DNA of 64,000 nt from an uncultured Bdellovibrio sp. (GCA_963932905.1 CAWVRN010000005.1:119293-183292); one strand, 5' to 3'; counted from the first letter of the stretch, positions 38,360-49,100 are shown. Program-made: numbers and translations. The notes: generated by a model not told the origin, from the sequence alone.

Positions 38360-40195
38360 GTGAAAAAAAGAACTTTCTCCTTAAAATACAAGATTTTACT
38401 ATTATTAACAGTTATCCCTAGTATCGCCTTATTTACCTATGTGTTATTGGCGATGAATATTTTTACTAAAGATAAGATAGCTTACATTTACGACTCGTCC
38501 GGTAATTTGTCTCAGGCGTTGTCACAGCAGTTGAGGGTTATGATAACGGGTGTGATTTCAAATAATAAATCCGTCTTTCAAGAATTTGTGACATCCAAAG
38601 TTTTCGGAAGTACAGCACAAGCCCATTTTGAAAACGAAAATGCCACGGACGCTATTCTTGCCTATGAGATAGATGAAACGACCAAGCAAATTACGTTTCT
38701 TTCTATGATGGCCCGAAACAAGACAGACTATGGTAGTCTGCAAAAGAAGATCGACACTCAAGTTCAATACGAAGTACAATATATAAAGGGAAATCAACGT
38801 ATTCTTTATAACTTAGATCAAAATGACAAAATCTATTTTTTAGAAAAGACCACACCTATCGCAGGAACTAAGGCCATCTACTTTGTAGTAGTTATTAAAG
38901 CTGAAGAATTTTACGACACATTTTCTACTAGCTCGGCTCAACAGTTATTCCTGATTAATCAATTTGGCCAAGTAGTTTTAGGGCCTGGCCAAGTTCCTGA
39001 AAAAGATATCTCAAAAGTTTTTGATCTAAAGTTTTTAAAAAATAAAGATAATCGTTTCCAGCAGGGGGTAGAAGAAACTACCGATATGGATAAGAAAGAA
39101 ATGATCATTTCTTTCTCGGAGATTGGCTTTGGAGATTCTTATGTATTGGCGGCGGTAAAGAAAGAATTGGCGTTGTCTGCGCTGGATCAATTGTTGAAAA
39201 AATCCATCGTGTTCTTCGTGTTGCTTGTTGCTGTGATCGCGATCGTATCGCTGTTTGCGTCAGGCTCTGTGACGAATGCATTGACTCAATTATTTGAGGC
39301 AACTGAAAAAGTCAGTCAAGGCAGATTCGATATTCAAGTTAAAGTGAAAACATCTGACGAGATTGGCGTCTTGGCAGACAATTTTAATTTGATGGCCAGA
39401 GAAGTTTCGCGTTTGTTAGAGCAAACAGCAGAAAATGCACGTATGCAGAATGAATTACAGACGGCAAAAACTGTTCAGGAAACACTCTTTCCTGAACCTA
39501 ACGCTCTATTGGAAAAAATTTCTATATCGGGATTTTATGAGCCAGCCAGCGAGTGTGGTGGTGATTGGTGGCATTATTGTACGATCAATAATCGCGTGTT
39601 CTTCTGGATTGGGGATGCGACTGGGCACGGAGCTCCGTCCGCATTAATTACTAGCGCGGCCAAGTCAGCAGCGGCAATTATCGAATCTTTAGATGTTGGG
39701 CCGGGTAGTGCGATGGAGTATTTGAACCGTTGTATCTATGAGGTTTCGCGCGGTCGTCTGATGATGACATTCTTCATTGCCTGTTATGATCCCAAAACAA
39801 AAAAGCTAACGTACGCAAATGCGTCTCATGAATCACCTTATTTAATCAAGAAGAAATCGGGTCCAATTAAGAAGAAAGATTTGATTCCTTTAAATGAAGT
39901 TAATAATCCCAGATTGGGACAGGGTCGTAGTACGAAATATGATGAAACAACAGTGGACTTTGAATTTGAAGATTTCATTTTCTTCTACACAGACGGTGTG
40001 CCTGACGTAAGAAATGGATCTGAGACGGCTTGGGGCGAGCGTGAGTTCCTTAAAACAATCGTCGAGACTCAGACTGATTTCCCTCCTGTAGATGTTTTTA
40101 TTGAAAGATTTGTAAATAAAATGCAAACTTATAGAAGTGGCTCTACACTAGTGGATGATGTCACTTTTTTCGGAATTAAAAATTTAAATGGCTAA
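38360..40195 (+). CDS. Membrane sensor PP2C/SpoIIE phosphatase with HAMP domain
   Basis: 2 TM, DEIG.LA..FN.M, GGDWW, GDATGHG, YTDG and DDVT. Confidence 0.9.
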   Translation: MKKRTFSLKYKILLLLTVIPSIALFTYVLLAMNIFTKDKIAYIYDSSGNLSQALSQQLRVMITGVISNNKSVFQEFVTSKVFGSTAQAHFENENATDAILAYEIDETTKQITFLSMMARNKTDYGSLQKKIDTQVQYEVQYIKGNQRILYNLDQNDKIYFLEKTTPIAGTKAIYFVVVIKAEEFYDTFSTSSAQQLFLINQFGQVVLGPGQVPEKDISKVFDLKFLKNKDNRFQQGVEETTDMDKKEMIISFSEIGFGDSYVLAAVKKELALSALDQLLKKSIVFFVLLVAVIAIVSLFASGSVTNALTQLFEATEKVSQGRFDIQVKVKTSDEIGVLADNFNLMAREVSRLLEQTAENARMQNELQTAKTVQETLFPEPNALLEKISISGFYEPASECGGDWWHYCTINNRVFFWIGDATGHGAPSALITSAAKSAAAIIESLDVGPGSAMEYLNRCIYEVSRGRLMMTFFIACYDPKTKKLTYANASHESPYLIKKKSGPIKKKDLIPLNEVNNPRLGQGRSTKYDETTVDFEFEDFIFFYTDGVPDVRNGSETAWGEREFLKTIVETQTDFPPVDVFIERFVNKMQTYRSGSTLVDDVTFFGIKNLNG

Positions 40196-40203
40196 GGGAA
40201 CGT

Positions 40204-40677
40204 ATGTCTAAATTTGAGCTGAAAATAGATAAAAATGCCGATGCGGCTAAAATTACTATTGCTGGAGTTATTGACGAGGATGTTGATTTTAACGAGTTCA
40301 GTCTAAACGGTATAAATCAAATGGAATTTGATTTAAACAGCGTTAAAAGCATTAATTCCTGCGGTATTCGTGAATGGATTAAATGGCTTGGGACCAACTC
40401 TAAAGCTAAAATGACTTATGTAAATTGTCCTAAAATCATTATTGACCAAATCAATATGGTGGATGGATTTCTGCCACAAAATGGAAAAGTTCTATCGTTT
40501 TACGTTCCTTATTATAACGACGATAGCGGAACTGAAAAAAATGTTTTGTTTCGACACGGTACTGAGTTTACAGACACGTCGGTGACGCCTCCTGAGAAAG
40601 TCCTGGACGAAACTGGTAACCCTATGGAGATGGATGTGATCGAGTCTAAATATTTCAAATTTTTGGCTAAAAAATAG
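40204..40677 (+). CDS. STAS-like protein
   Basis: G.IDE and DL..V.SINSCGIREWI resemble the anti-anti-sigma phospho-Ser region. Confidence 0.65.
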   Translation: MSKFELKIDKNADAAKITIAGVIDEDVDFNEFSLNGINQMEFDLNSVKSINSCGIREWIKWLGTNSKAKMTYVNCPKIIIDQINMVDGFLPQNGKVLSFYVPYYNDDSGTEKNVLFRHGTEFTDTSVTPPEKVLDETGNPMEMDVIESKYFKFLAKK

Positions 40678-40760
40678 ACCGACGCCTCTAGTCTCTGGTC
40701 CAGTAGAAAACTCAATGCTGCCCTTATTGAAACATAACGCCGTTTTTGGGCTTAAAATTC

Positions 40761-40788
40761 TAAAGTTTAAGATTTCAAAGACCGAACA
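40761..40788 (+). promoter_or_regulatory. Putative sigma28 promoter
   Basis: TAAAGTTT-N12-ACCGAACA just upstream of 40795. Confidence 0.4.
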
Positions 40789-40794
40789 AGTAAT

Positions 40795-42717
40795 GTGGCA
40801 AAAAATAAGATTTTAATTTTAGAAGATGATAAAACTCTAAGCCAATCCCTCCAGGAAGCGCTAGAGAAGCGCGGCTTTGAGGTCGTGTCGGCTATCAATT
40901 CTGAAGAAGCCAATGCTTTGTTAAATCAACATAAAATCGAATATATTTTTGTAGACTGTTTGTTGCCAGGTCTTTCCGGGGACGAATTTGTAATTAAGCT
41001 TAAAAGAGAAAAATCGGATAGGAAATTTAAAGTCATTCTGATGTCCGGTATCTACACTGACAAATCTACCATTCAAGATTTACTTAAACGTACTCAGGCG
41101 TCTGCTTTTTTGAAAAAGCCATTTGATTTGGATCAAGTTTTCAGTATTGTAAAAGAAAAAGATGAGCCTAAGAAAAATGAGTCTCCTCGAAAAATGTTAT
41201 ATCAAATTTTTTCTAAGGATATGGTGTCGACTCGTGAAAAGCGTAAATTAATCGAAAACATCGAAGAAATTCCTGCTTATGATTTACCATTCGTATATAG
41301 CTTGTTAACAGAAACTAAAAGTTCTGGTTATTTAAATATCTATTTTAATGATGGTAGTGTTTCAGGGATAGCGTTCTCAAATGGATGTATTGTTGCTGTA
41401 GATGTGGAAGATAAATCGACATACATCGGTGAGTTATTGATCCAAAGTGGTTATGTTAGTCCAACAGATATCCAAAAAGCATTGCAATCGAAAAACAATC
41501 AACGTTTAGGTCAACGTTTGATTTCATCAAACTTGATGAGCCCTCACGCTCTTGATTTAACTATGATTGAACAAATGAACGTGCGTTTATCTAAAACGAT
41601 ATCGGAAAAAACAGTGAAGTTGAATTTCTCTGCTAGTGAAGTTGAGTTAACTCAGCCTAATATCGACTCGGAATTGCTGTTAAATTACTTGCATGATTGG
41701 ATTGCTTCCAAACTACCCGCGAACTGGTTAAAGAATCTATATGTTATGTGGGCTGGGCATCAAATTATCCCTAATGCGCAGTTAAAACCAGATCATCCAT
41801 GTATGCAAATGAGTTTGATTCAAAGCTTAGATGGCATTTTGGATAAGTTAAGCAAGAAAACTACATTGAGTGAATTGTTAAGTGTTCCTGAATACAATCA
41901 AGCGGCACTCTATAAAGCCCTACATTTCTTAGTTACCAAAGGATTGATTTACTTCTCGCGTAATATTTCGTTTGATAATGTGGATGAGCACTTTGACTAT
42001 TTAACCAAGCTCAAAGCGCAAATCGAAAATAAGTCAGATTTTGAAATGTTAGAATTACTTGGTCTTGCTCAGTATAATGATGCGGAATCAGCCGCCAGTG
42101 AAATTGAAACTCTTCTTGGTCAAGAACCAATGAAGAAAGAAGAGAAAAATTTTGGTGTTTGGTACGAGCTTTATAATAAGATTTCGACAGCTATCAATTC
42201 ATTGAATCCAGAAGCTAAAATTCAGATGAAAAAAGCCAGCGAGAAAAACGAAGCCGAAAACAGAATTAAAGCGAATCAATTGCTGGATGAATCTAAAAAA
42301 GAATTGATGTTAAGTCAGTTCCAGTCAGCGTTGGTGAAGTTAAAAGAAGCGGGGAAATTATCAAGCACATTGTTCCAATACAATATCTACATTGCGTGGG
42401 CTCGACTTGGAATGAACATGCAAAAGAAAGATAAATCCGTTATCAAAGAGATCGAATTCGATTTGATGCAGATCCCAGCCGACGAGCGCTACGATTATTT
42501 ATATCCATACGTTATGGGTTTGTACTATAAAGCTACTAACGACTATCTAAATGCGAAAAAATCATTCGATAAAGCTTTGGCTATGGATAATACATTTCTG
42601 GCTGCTAAACGTGAATTGAGTTTGATCGAACAAATGATGAAGAAAACTCGCAAGAATGAAAATCTATTCACAATGGATTTAAAAGACGTCGTGACCGTAT
42701 TATTCAAGAAAAAGTAA
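40795..42717 (+). CDS. Response regulator with DUF4388-like and TPR domains
   Basis: N-terminal REC (LEDD, DCLLP, KPF); KSSG.L / IGELL segment; C-terminal TPR-like helices. Confidence 0.75.
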   Translation: MAKNKILILEDDKTLSQSLQEALEKRGFEVVSAINSEEANALLNQHKIEYIFVDCLLPGLSGDEFVIKLKREKSDRKFKVILMSGIYTDKSTIQDLLKRTQASAFLKKPFDLDQVFSIVKEKDEPKKNESPRKMLYQIFSKDMVSTREKRKLIENIEEIPAYDLPFVYSLLTETKSSGYLNIYFNDGSVSGIAFSNGCIVAVDVEDKSTYIGELLIQSGYVSPTDIQKALQSKNNQRLGQRLISSNLMSPHALDLTMIEQMNVRLSKTISEKTVKLNFSASEVELTQPNIDSELLLNYLHDWIASKLPANWLKNLYVMWAGHQIIPNAQLKPDHPCMQMSLIQSLDGILDKLSKKTTLSELLSVPEYNQAALYKALHFLVTKGLIYFSRNISFDNVDEHFDYLTKLKAQIENKSDFEMLELLGLAQYNDAESAASEIETLLGQEPMKKEEKNFGVWYELYNKISTAINSLNPEAKIQMKKASEKNEAENRIKANQLLDESKKELMLSQFQSALVKLKEAGKLSSTLFQYNIYIAWARLGMNMQKKDKSVIKEIEFDLMQIPADERYDYLYPYVMGLYYKATNDYLNAKKSFDKALAMDNTFLAAKRELSLIEQMMKKTRKNENLFTMDLKDVVTVLFKKK

Positions 42718-42803
42718 ATCGCAAAGAACCCGGTGGCCGTCGCGGCTACGGTGGCGGACCGGACACGGAAAGACCTTCTTTTGAAATACAAACCTACAAA
42801 CAA

Positions 42804-42971
42804 CTAGTTCTTAGGATCCTGAGTCGATTCCTCAGGCGTTTGGTGAGACTCAATAACTTCTTTTGCCTTTTTGCCGGTAATCCCAAGCCATTCTGGTAAA
42901 AAGACAGCTACAGCTACGAAGATGGCCGTGATGATGATAAAAAATATGCCTAAACCTACGATGACTTCCAT
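42804..42971 (-). CDS. Small single-TM protein
   Basis: Hydrophobic helix followed by PEWLGITGK; ATG 42971. Confidence 0.55.
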   Translation of the reverse strand: MEVIVGLGIFFIIITAIFVAVAVFLPEWLGITGKKAKEVIESHQTPEESTQDPKN

Positions 42972-43035
42972 GGCCCCAGTGTACCTCAATTGATAGAAAT
43001 GGACAAGGTTACTAATCTCAGATATGCGTTAATAT

Positions 43036-43626
43036 ATGGGGTATAATCCTAAAGATCATTTTTTCAAAAAAGCTAAGGCCGAAGACTATTTGGCTCGTTC
43101 TGTTTACAAACTTCAAGAGATCGATCAGAAGCATAAACTGATTCATAAAAACGACATCATCGTAGATTTGGGAGCTTCGCCTGGCTCGTGGTCGCAATAC
43201 TGTTTGAAGAAGCTAGGGCAAGATGGTCGATTGATTGGGATTGATTTGACCGAAGTGACCGTAATCAAAGATCCTCGCTATACGTTTTACCACGAGGATA
43301 TCTTTCGAATGAATTGGCCGGAAGCGCTGGCTAAACTTGATGTTTTGAAAGTTGACGTTGTTTTATCCGATATGGCCCCTAAAACAACGGGCATTCGTTT
43401 AACTGACCAAATGCGCTCACTTGAGTTGTGCGAAATGGCGCTACAGTTCTCTACAAACTACTTACGTAAAGGTGGTAGTTTTGTATGCAAGTTATTTCAC
43501 AGTGATGAATTTAAAGACTTTCAAACTGCGATGAAAAAACAATTTAAACGAGTCGAGGTGATGAAGCCAGAATCGACTCGTAAAATCAGTAAAGAAATTT
43601 TCCTAATTGGTCTTGAGCATATTTGA
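43036..43626 (+). CDS. rlmE: 23S rRNA Um2552 methyltransferase RlmE
   Basis: ARSVYKL.EI, DLGASPGSWSQ, SDMAP and KP.STR..S.E. Confidence 0.93.
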   Translation: MGYNPKDHFFKKAKAEDYLARSVYKLQEIDQKHKLIHKNDIIVDLGASPGSWSQYCLKKLGQDGRLIGIDLTEVTVIKDPRYTFYHEDIFRMNWPEALAKLDVLKVDVVLSDMAPKTTGIRLTDQMRSLELCEMALQFSTNYLRKGGSFVCKLFHSDEFKDFQTAMKKQFKRVEVMKPESTRKISKEIFLIGLEHI

Positions 43627-43632
43627 GGTTTT

Positions 43633-44163
43633 ATGAAAACTATTGCATTGTTTTGTGGTGCACGATCTGGAACGGCCGAGCATGCTAAAACAGCCAATGA
43701 ATTTATAGACTGGATGAAGAGTAATAAATACAGCTTAGTTTACGGCGGTGGTAGCACCGGGATTATGGGCTCGGTATCAAACGCTCTGATCAAAAACGGC
43801 AGTAAAGTCATCGGGGTTATTCCTCACTTTCTATACGACTGGGAGGTGGGTAACGATGACTGCACAGAACTCATTAAAGTTATTTCGATGCATGAACGAA
43901 AAAAAATCATGTTCGATCGTGCCGATGCATTCGTTGTTTTACCCGGTGGGTTTGGGACGTTGGATGAAATTTGCGAGATGATCACCTGGAAGCAGCTAAA
44001 AACACATAACAAACCAATCGCATTTTTAAATTCTTCAGGTTATTTTGATAAGTTTTTTGAGTTCATCGAGTACGGTGTAAAAGCGGAATACATTTCTGAT
44101 ATCGATCTGACACGCATTCAAAAATTAACAGATATGAATCAATTCAATTGGGAAATAGTATGA
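43633..44163 (+). CDS. LOG family protein (TIGR00730-like)
   Basis: VYGGG..GIMG, MHERK and PGGFGTLDE. Confidence 0.92.
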   Translation: MKTIALFCGARSGTAEHAKTANEFIDWMKSNKYSLVYGGGSTGIMGSVSNALIKNGSKVIGVIPHFLYDWEVGNDDCTELIKVISMHERKKIMFDRADAFVVLPGGFGTLDEICEMITWKQLKTHNKPIAFLNSSGYFDKFFEFIEYGVKAEYISDIDLTRIQKLTDMNQFNWEIV

Positions 44164-45422
44164 AGCAACTTGAGCGGAGCGAGCGCAAAACAGTGTTGAG
44201 CTGGGGGTTGTATGACTGGGCGAATAGCGCCTTTTCAACGACCATCATGGCTGGATTTTTTCCCGTGTTTTTCAAACATTTTTGGAGTCAGGGATTTTCC
44301 GCAGTGGAAACAACCGCTAAACTTGCAACCACAGTCAGTGTTTCTAGTTTTATCATCGCTATGATTTCACCCACCATCGGAGCCGTGGCCGACCACAAGG
44401 GGCAGAGAAAAAGTTTTCTGATCCTGTTCATGCTTATTGGCGTTTTAGGTTCAGCTACTTTAGCCTACATTCCCGCTGGTGAGTGGTTTGCGGCAGCCAT
44501 TGTCTACGGTATTGGTATGATGGCTTTCAATATCAGCTGCGTGTTTTACGATGCGCTCTTGCCGGTGGTTGCACGTAAAGAAAATTTGGATTTTGCGTCT
44601 TCTTTTGGTTATTCATTAGGCTACTTGGGTGGTGGTATTTTGTTCGCGTTGAACGTTGTGATGTATTTAAAGCCGGACATGTTTGGTTTTGCTAGCGGTG
44701 CCAGTGCCGTTCAGTTTTCATTTTTAAGCGTCGCGATTTGGTGGTTTGTGTTTTCAATACCACTTATGATGTTTGTAAAAGAGCCACCACTAGCCACAAC
44801 AAAAAAGGAAAGTTTGGCTTCATTGACGAGAGCTGCATTGATGGCCATCAAAGATACTTTTCTTGAAATTCGTAAAGATAAAAATCTGTTCACATTCATG
44901 CTTGCGTTTTGGCTATACATTGATGGCGTCTACACCTTGATCACGATGGCGGTGGATTATGGAATTTCCTTAAATTTTGAATCTAAAGATTTAATTGCGG
45001 CATTGCTGATCACTCAGTTCGTAGGATTCCCTGCGACCTATGTTTATGGGGTAATTTCTAAAAAGTGGGGATGCCGAAAACCGATTTTGTTTTGCATCGC
45101 TGTATACGCATTGACGGTGATCTTGGCATCGCAAATGAAAACCCCCCTGCATTTCTATATTTTGGCTGGCATCATTGGATTGGTTCAGGGCGGAGTTCAA
45201 TCCTTAAGCCGATCGCTTTTTGCAAAAATGATATCCGTTGAAAAAAGTGGTGAGTATTTTGGTTTTATGAATTTAATCGGTAAATTCGCATCGGTGTTAG
45301 GCCCTGCGATTGTGGCTCTAACGGTTACAGTTGTTAAAAAGTCAGAATACGGTTTGATGGGGTTATTAATACTGTTCGTAGCGGGGGGATATCTGCTCAT
45401 GCAAGTAAAAGAACCGGCGTAG
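44160..45422 (+). CDS. MFS transporter (ATG22/BtlA-like)
   Basis: W.LYDWANSAF, FYDALLP, GYLGG and QSLSRS. Confidence 0.9.
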   Translation: MKQLERSERKTVLSWGLYDWANSAFSTTIMAGFFPVFFKHFWSQGFSAVETTAKLATTVSVSSFIIAMISPTIGAVADHKGQRKSFLILFMLIGVLGSATLAYIPAGEWFAAAIVYGIGMMAFNISCVFYDALLPVVARKENLDFASSFGYSLGYLGGGILFALNVVMYLKPDMFGFASGASAVQFSFLSVAIWWFVFSIPLMMFVKEPPLATTKKESLASLTRAALMAIKDTFLEIRKDKNLFTFMLAFWLYIDGVYTLITMAVDYGISLNFESKDLIAALLITQFVGFPATYVYGVISKKWGCRKPILFCIAVYALTVILASQMKTPLHFYILAGIIGLVQGGVQSLSRSLFAKMISVEKSGEYFGFMNLIGKFASVLGPAIVALTVTVVKKSEYGLMGLLILFVAGGYLLMQVKEPA

Positions 45423-45429
45423 CCGGTTC
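45411..45429. terminator. Short hairpin between convergent genes
   Basis: GAACCGGC-GTA-GCCGGTTC spanning the MFS stop codon. Confidence 0.4.
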
Positions 45430-45435
45430 CGATTT

Positions 45436-47166
45436 CTAGAACAGATAATTTAAACCAAGATTTAAATTCATTTGAGTGCTTTTTAACGTATCTAAATTAG
45501 ACATCGAAATATTTTGCATCCCTAGTCCGTAGTTGAAATAAAACGTTTTTGTGAAAGCTAGATACAATTTGTACTCAAGTAACATCAGGCTTTTCAGTTC
45601 AATCTCGTTTGATTTTGAACCTGTATAATAATCGAAGTTCCAACCATACCAATCAGCAAATTGTTTTATAAACGACCATTGAAATTCTGATTTCTGACCA
45701 ATACCCAGACCCATTAAGGAGAAAGATAAATTACCAAGAGCCATGGTACGCATATGCGCTGTCCCATAAAACGAGGGGTCAATAAAATTTAAGCCCGATT
45801 TAAATCTGTGCCAGTAAGTGAATTCGGTGACTGACCATTTATCAATAGTATCTGATTTAGTCAGAGCTTGTTCCATACTGATGCCCAATCCTGAACGTTT
45901 ATTTCCAAGCCAGTAATTTAATCCAAAATTTGCAAAACTGAGTTTCTCGGCTGAAAAATAACTTGCGCCCAACTGCGCCTCAAAACCGGGAGCACGGTAG
46001 ATGGACTGGTAAATTGCGTATTCGTTGGCATCTTTTTTAAGATAAAGAATACGTTTACTGTCTTGGCCTTTTTCTAAACCCGTAACAGACCATTCGATTT
46101 TTTGACCGACTTTGGTTACTTTGGAATTGGGATCTTTTGACAAGACCTTGACGCCTTTGGGAAGCTCTAACGACATTTTTTCTGACGAAGAATACGTCGA
46201 TGCCACTAGGTCGCTAGAAACCGTTCGTAAGCTTTCCGTTGGCAGAGGGCCACGAACAAAGAATTCTTGGCGCATGGGAATGCCGCCTTCACCTTGGATA
46301 TAAAACACAGGAAAGTCAGCCGGTAGTTTAATCTGCCATAAAGAATCGTTTAACATAGTTACATCTTTATCACTTACGGGGCGTGAACCTAGACCAGTTA
46401 ATGTTAGTGATTTGCCGTCGTCAGAAATAATGATGTCTTTGAAATCCACTGGGCGATGACGAGTTTCAATTTCAAGCCTGGCACCAGATTCACTTTGACC
46501 AAGAAAATTGATGCTCTCAGTGCTGTCATTCAAAAAGATAATTCCTTGTTCACCCACGTCCGCGTTGTTAACCAGAATTTGTGCTTTCTTTTTGTTCTCA
46601 GAACGCATTTTGATTGTTGGGTTACCATCTTTGGACGACAGGTAAAGTTCTACGGAACATAAATCGATGCGAGTGTTTTCTTCTTGGCGTTGTAGACAGA
46701 ACTTAAAGAAAGGCAGGTATTTAACCTGTTCAATTAATTCTGTTTCGAGAACTGTTTTGAAAAAAGCTTTATCTTTACGAAGTAAACCGTCAGCTTCTGA
46801 TTTTTCACCTTCTTTGGTATTTTTGATCAGCTCTACATCTTCTTTTTTGATCGTGTAGTTCTTGATGGCCTTACCGTAATTGTTAAAAAGAACTAGCTCG
46901 GCATGTTCGAATAATCCCGCAGGCCAATTAAATGTGAACGAATATTGTCCGCGTTCTTGTGCTAATTCTAAAGACAGATTTTTAGAATCGATGACGATAT
47001 CGCCAATTTTTATCGTCGAAGCGTTTAACAAATTATATTCAAATTTTTGAGGCAAGATTTGTAAATTGTTTTTTTCCGGCAAGAAATAAACAGGATCTTT
47101 GGCAAATGCTGCCGTTGTGAGTAAAGAAACGCCAATCAGTATAAGATTTATGATATGATTTTGCAT
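45436..47166 (-). CDS. Secreted hypothetical protein with probable C-terminal beta-barrel; paralog of 5549-7459
   Basis: Signal peptide, shared collinear motifs, terminal GLNYLF. Confidence 0.7.
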   Translation of the reverse strand: MQNHIINLILIGVSLLTTAAFAKDPVYFLPEKNNLQILPQKFEYNLLNASTIKIGDIVIDSKNLSLELAQERGQYSFTFNWPAGLFEHAELVLFNNYGKAIKNYTIKKEDVELIKNTKEGEKSEADGLLRKDKAFFKTVLETELIEQVKYLPFFKFCLQRQEENTRIDLCSVELYLSSKDGNPTIKMRSENKKKAQILVNNADVGEQGIIFLNDSTESINFLGQSESGARLEIETRHRPVDFKDIIISDDGKSLTLTGLGSRPVSDKDVTMLNDSLWQIKLPADFPVFYIQGEGGIPMRQEFFVRGPLPTESLRTVSSDLVASTYSSSEKMSLELPKGVKVLSKDPNSKVTKVGQKIEWSVTGLEKGQDSKRILYLKKDANEYAIYQSIYRAPGFEAQLGASYFSAEKLSFANFGLNYWLGNKRSGLGISMEQALTKSDTIDKWSVTEFTYWHRFKSGLNFIDPSFYGTAHMRTMALGNLSFSLMGLGIGQKSEFQWSFIKQFADWYGWNFDYYTGSKSNEIELKSLMLLEYKLYLAFTKTFYFNYGLGMQNISMSNLDTLKSTQMNLNLGLNYLF

Positions 47167-47747
47167 ACGTCGTCGTAGGATTTGCCTTTCACAATGCTTT
47201 TAATAACTTGGATGGATTTGGTGATTTTTGCTAAGAAATCACCATCGCTAGCGATGGTGATTCTGCGAGGGTGTCCATTCCAGGCCATTTTAATTTTTTC
47301 ATTTAATAATAGTGCTTCCGTGTGAGTTTCTGTGCGAATCGGGTTAGACAAATCATAGTTCTCGTTAGATGCCGTATCTAAATGCATGACCCAGTCATAG
47401 CGAGCTAATTCTTTGGTTTTAGTCGAATGAATATTGCTGAAAAAGTCTTCTTCATCGTTCGGCCAGTAGGCAATGCTATCTAGTGAGCCACGATCAAATA
47501 CAAGAAGTGACTTTTCCGATTCGCCGATAGCAATCATTTCTAATTCACGTTGTGTGTAGTAGATTGCTCGTTGGGTAGCAATTCGACCAAGAATAGATTT
47601 TTTTCGTGGAAAACCGCCGCTATAAAGAATACTCGCCGCTTCAGGAACCACTGCGATTTGTGAACCAAATTCTTTTTTTAGTGTTTCTATAAGAGTCGTT
47701 TTTCCACCAGATGGGCCACCCGTGATGGCCACTTTAATTTTATCCAT
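47148..47747 (-). CDS. AAA_28-type P-loop NTPase
   Basis: ITGGPSGGKTT, VPEAA and DRG.LD..AY. Confidence 0.8.
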   Translation of the reverse strand: MDKIKVAITGGPSGGKTTLIETLKKEFGSQIAVVPEAASILYSGGFPRKKSILGRIATQRAIYYTQRELEMIAIGESEKSLLVFDRGSLDSIAYWPNDEEDFFSNIHSTKTKELARYDWVMHLDTASNENYDLSNPIRTETHTEALLLNEKIKMAWNGHPRRITIASDGDFLAKITKSIQVIKSIVKGKSYDDVCKIIS

Positions 47748-47787
47748 GGAATTATCTTAGAGCTCAAAAAATCAATTAGCAACAGGT

Positions 47788-49077
47788 CTAGTGATAATAT
47801 TTTGCAACCGCATCGTGACCAATCCAACGGGCCGGGGAAGCTGGTTTTAAACTATCGTTCAACATTATTCGGCCGCAGGATTTAAACACCACTTCGCTCA
47901 GAACGCTAGTGATCAATTGCTTCGGCGTTTCGTGCAACTCAAACACGTCATCAGAACATTTTAGCATAATTTCCATTTGTGTTCTGGTTGATTGCATTGG
48001 CCAACGAGCGAATTCGCGGTTCATCGCAATGATTTCTGGTTCCGCATAATATTTTTTCATCACATCAAACACGTCGTCCAAAGTTTTGCCGGCCTTGAGT
48101 AAAGATTGGCATTGTGACCTTACTTGCTTTGCAATTGTCGGGTTCTCTGTATCTAACATATGGATCAATGGGTAAAGGGATACTTCCACGCCTTGGAAAA
48201 TCGAGCTCGAATTTGTCAAAATCTCTGGGCAGTTGTAAACACAGGAAGCGATGCCTTGATTGAAGAATGATTTCGAAATATCTTCGAGTTTCATTTTTGC
48301 CCAGCCTTGTAAATAAGGCGTGTAGGTCTGCCATTTTAACTGTCCGTCAATTAGAATTTCAGTTCCATGGTAACCATAGGCCAAGTACGAAACATGACCA
48401 CCAGCTTGTTTTACTTTTTCGCGGAAACCAGCAGTGCCTTCAATAAAATGACGATAAGTTTCGGCAGTCACTTCGATAAAGTTCAACTGGCATAAACGGC
48501 CTAAATCACTAGTCCAGAATTTTTCTGACTCTAAATAACGATCGCCAGTGCCTTTGAAAACACGGTTCATTAACGGCATGATAATTTTTGCACGAGGAAC
48601 GCCGCCTGCCATTAAGTGCGCTAGCAGAAAATTGCGTCCGGGAACGATATGTTTTTCTAATTCGGCGACGTACAGCGCTAGTTGTTTTTTGAATCGAACT
48701 ACACCATTCTTGCGGCATTCTTCAATAGCGCTAAAATCGAGTTTGGCTTCTTCCCAAGCGCTAAGCTTGATGTCTTTAAGCATATCCACTGGGCTGATGC
48801 CTTTTGATGTTTTATCCATATCAAAGCCAGCTTCTAAAGGCACATTAATGATTGGCCCTTGAACCAAGGCCAATTCTTCGGCGTTCAAAGGACGCAATTC
48901 ATCCTTTTCGCGGCGACCGACGGTGCCTTTGATGACTTGCATTTGGTGTTTTTCAGCTTCTTCGACAAGACCATTCGCATAGCCGCGCTGAAATAGTTCA
49001 CCAAACAGAACTAAAGCATCATTTTTTTTCCAAACGTTTTCGCTATCCAGTTTTCTAAGTGGGTTCAAAGGCGTCAT
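47788..49077 (-). CDS. Probable FabMG-family enoyl-ACP reductase
   Basis: LFGELF.RGYANGL, TVGRR, PLEAGFD, MAGG.PRAK, YGYHG and PEILTNSS, recalled as typical of this family. Confidence 0.7.
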   Translation of the reverse strand: MTPLNPLRKLDSENVWKKNDALVLFGELFQRGYANGLVEEAEKHQMQVIKGTVGRREKDELRPLNAEELALVQGPIINVPLEAGFDMDKTSKGISPVDMLKDIKLSAWEEAKLDFSAIEECRKNGVVRFKKQLALYVAELEKHIVPGRNFLLAHLMAGGVPRAKIIMPLMNRVFKGTGDRYLESEKFWTSDLGRLCQLNFIEVTAETYRHFIEGTAGFREKVKQAGGHVSYLAYGYHGTEILIDGQLKWQTYTPYLQGWAKMKLEDISKSFFNQGIASCVYNCPEILTNSSSIFQGVEVSLYPLIHMLDTENPTIAKQVRSQCQSLLKAGKTLDDVFDVMKKYYAEPEIIAMNREFARWPMQSTRTQMEIMLKCSDDVFELHETPKQLITSVLSEVVFKSCGRIMLNDSLKPASPARWIGHDAVAKYYH

Positions 49078-49100
49078 GCAACTCCTTACATCTTTATTAT

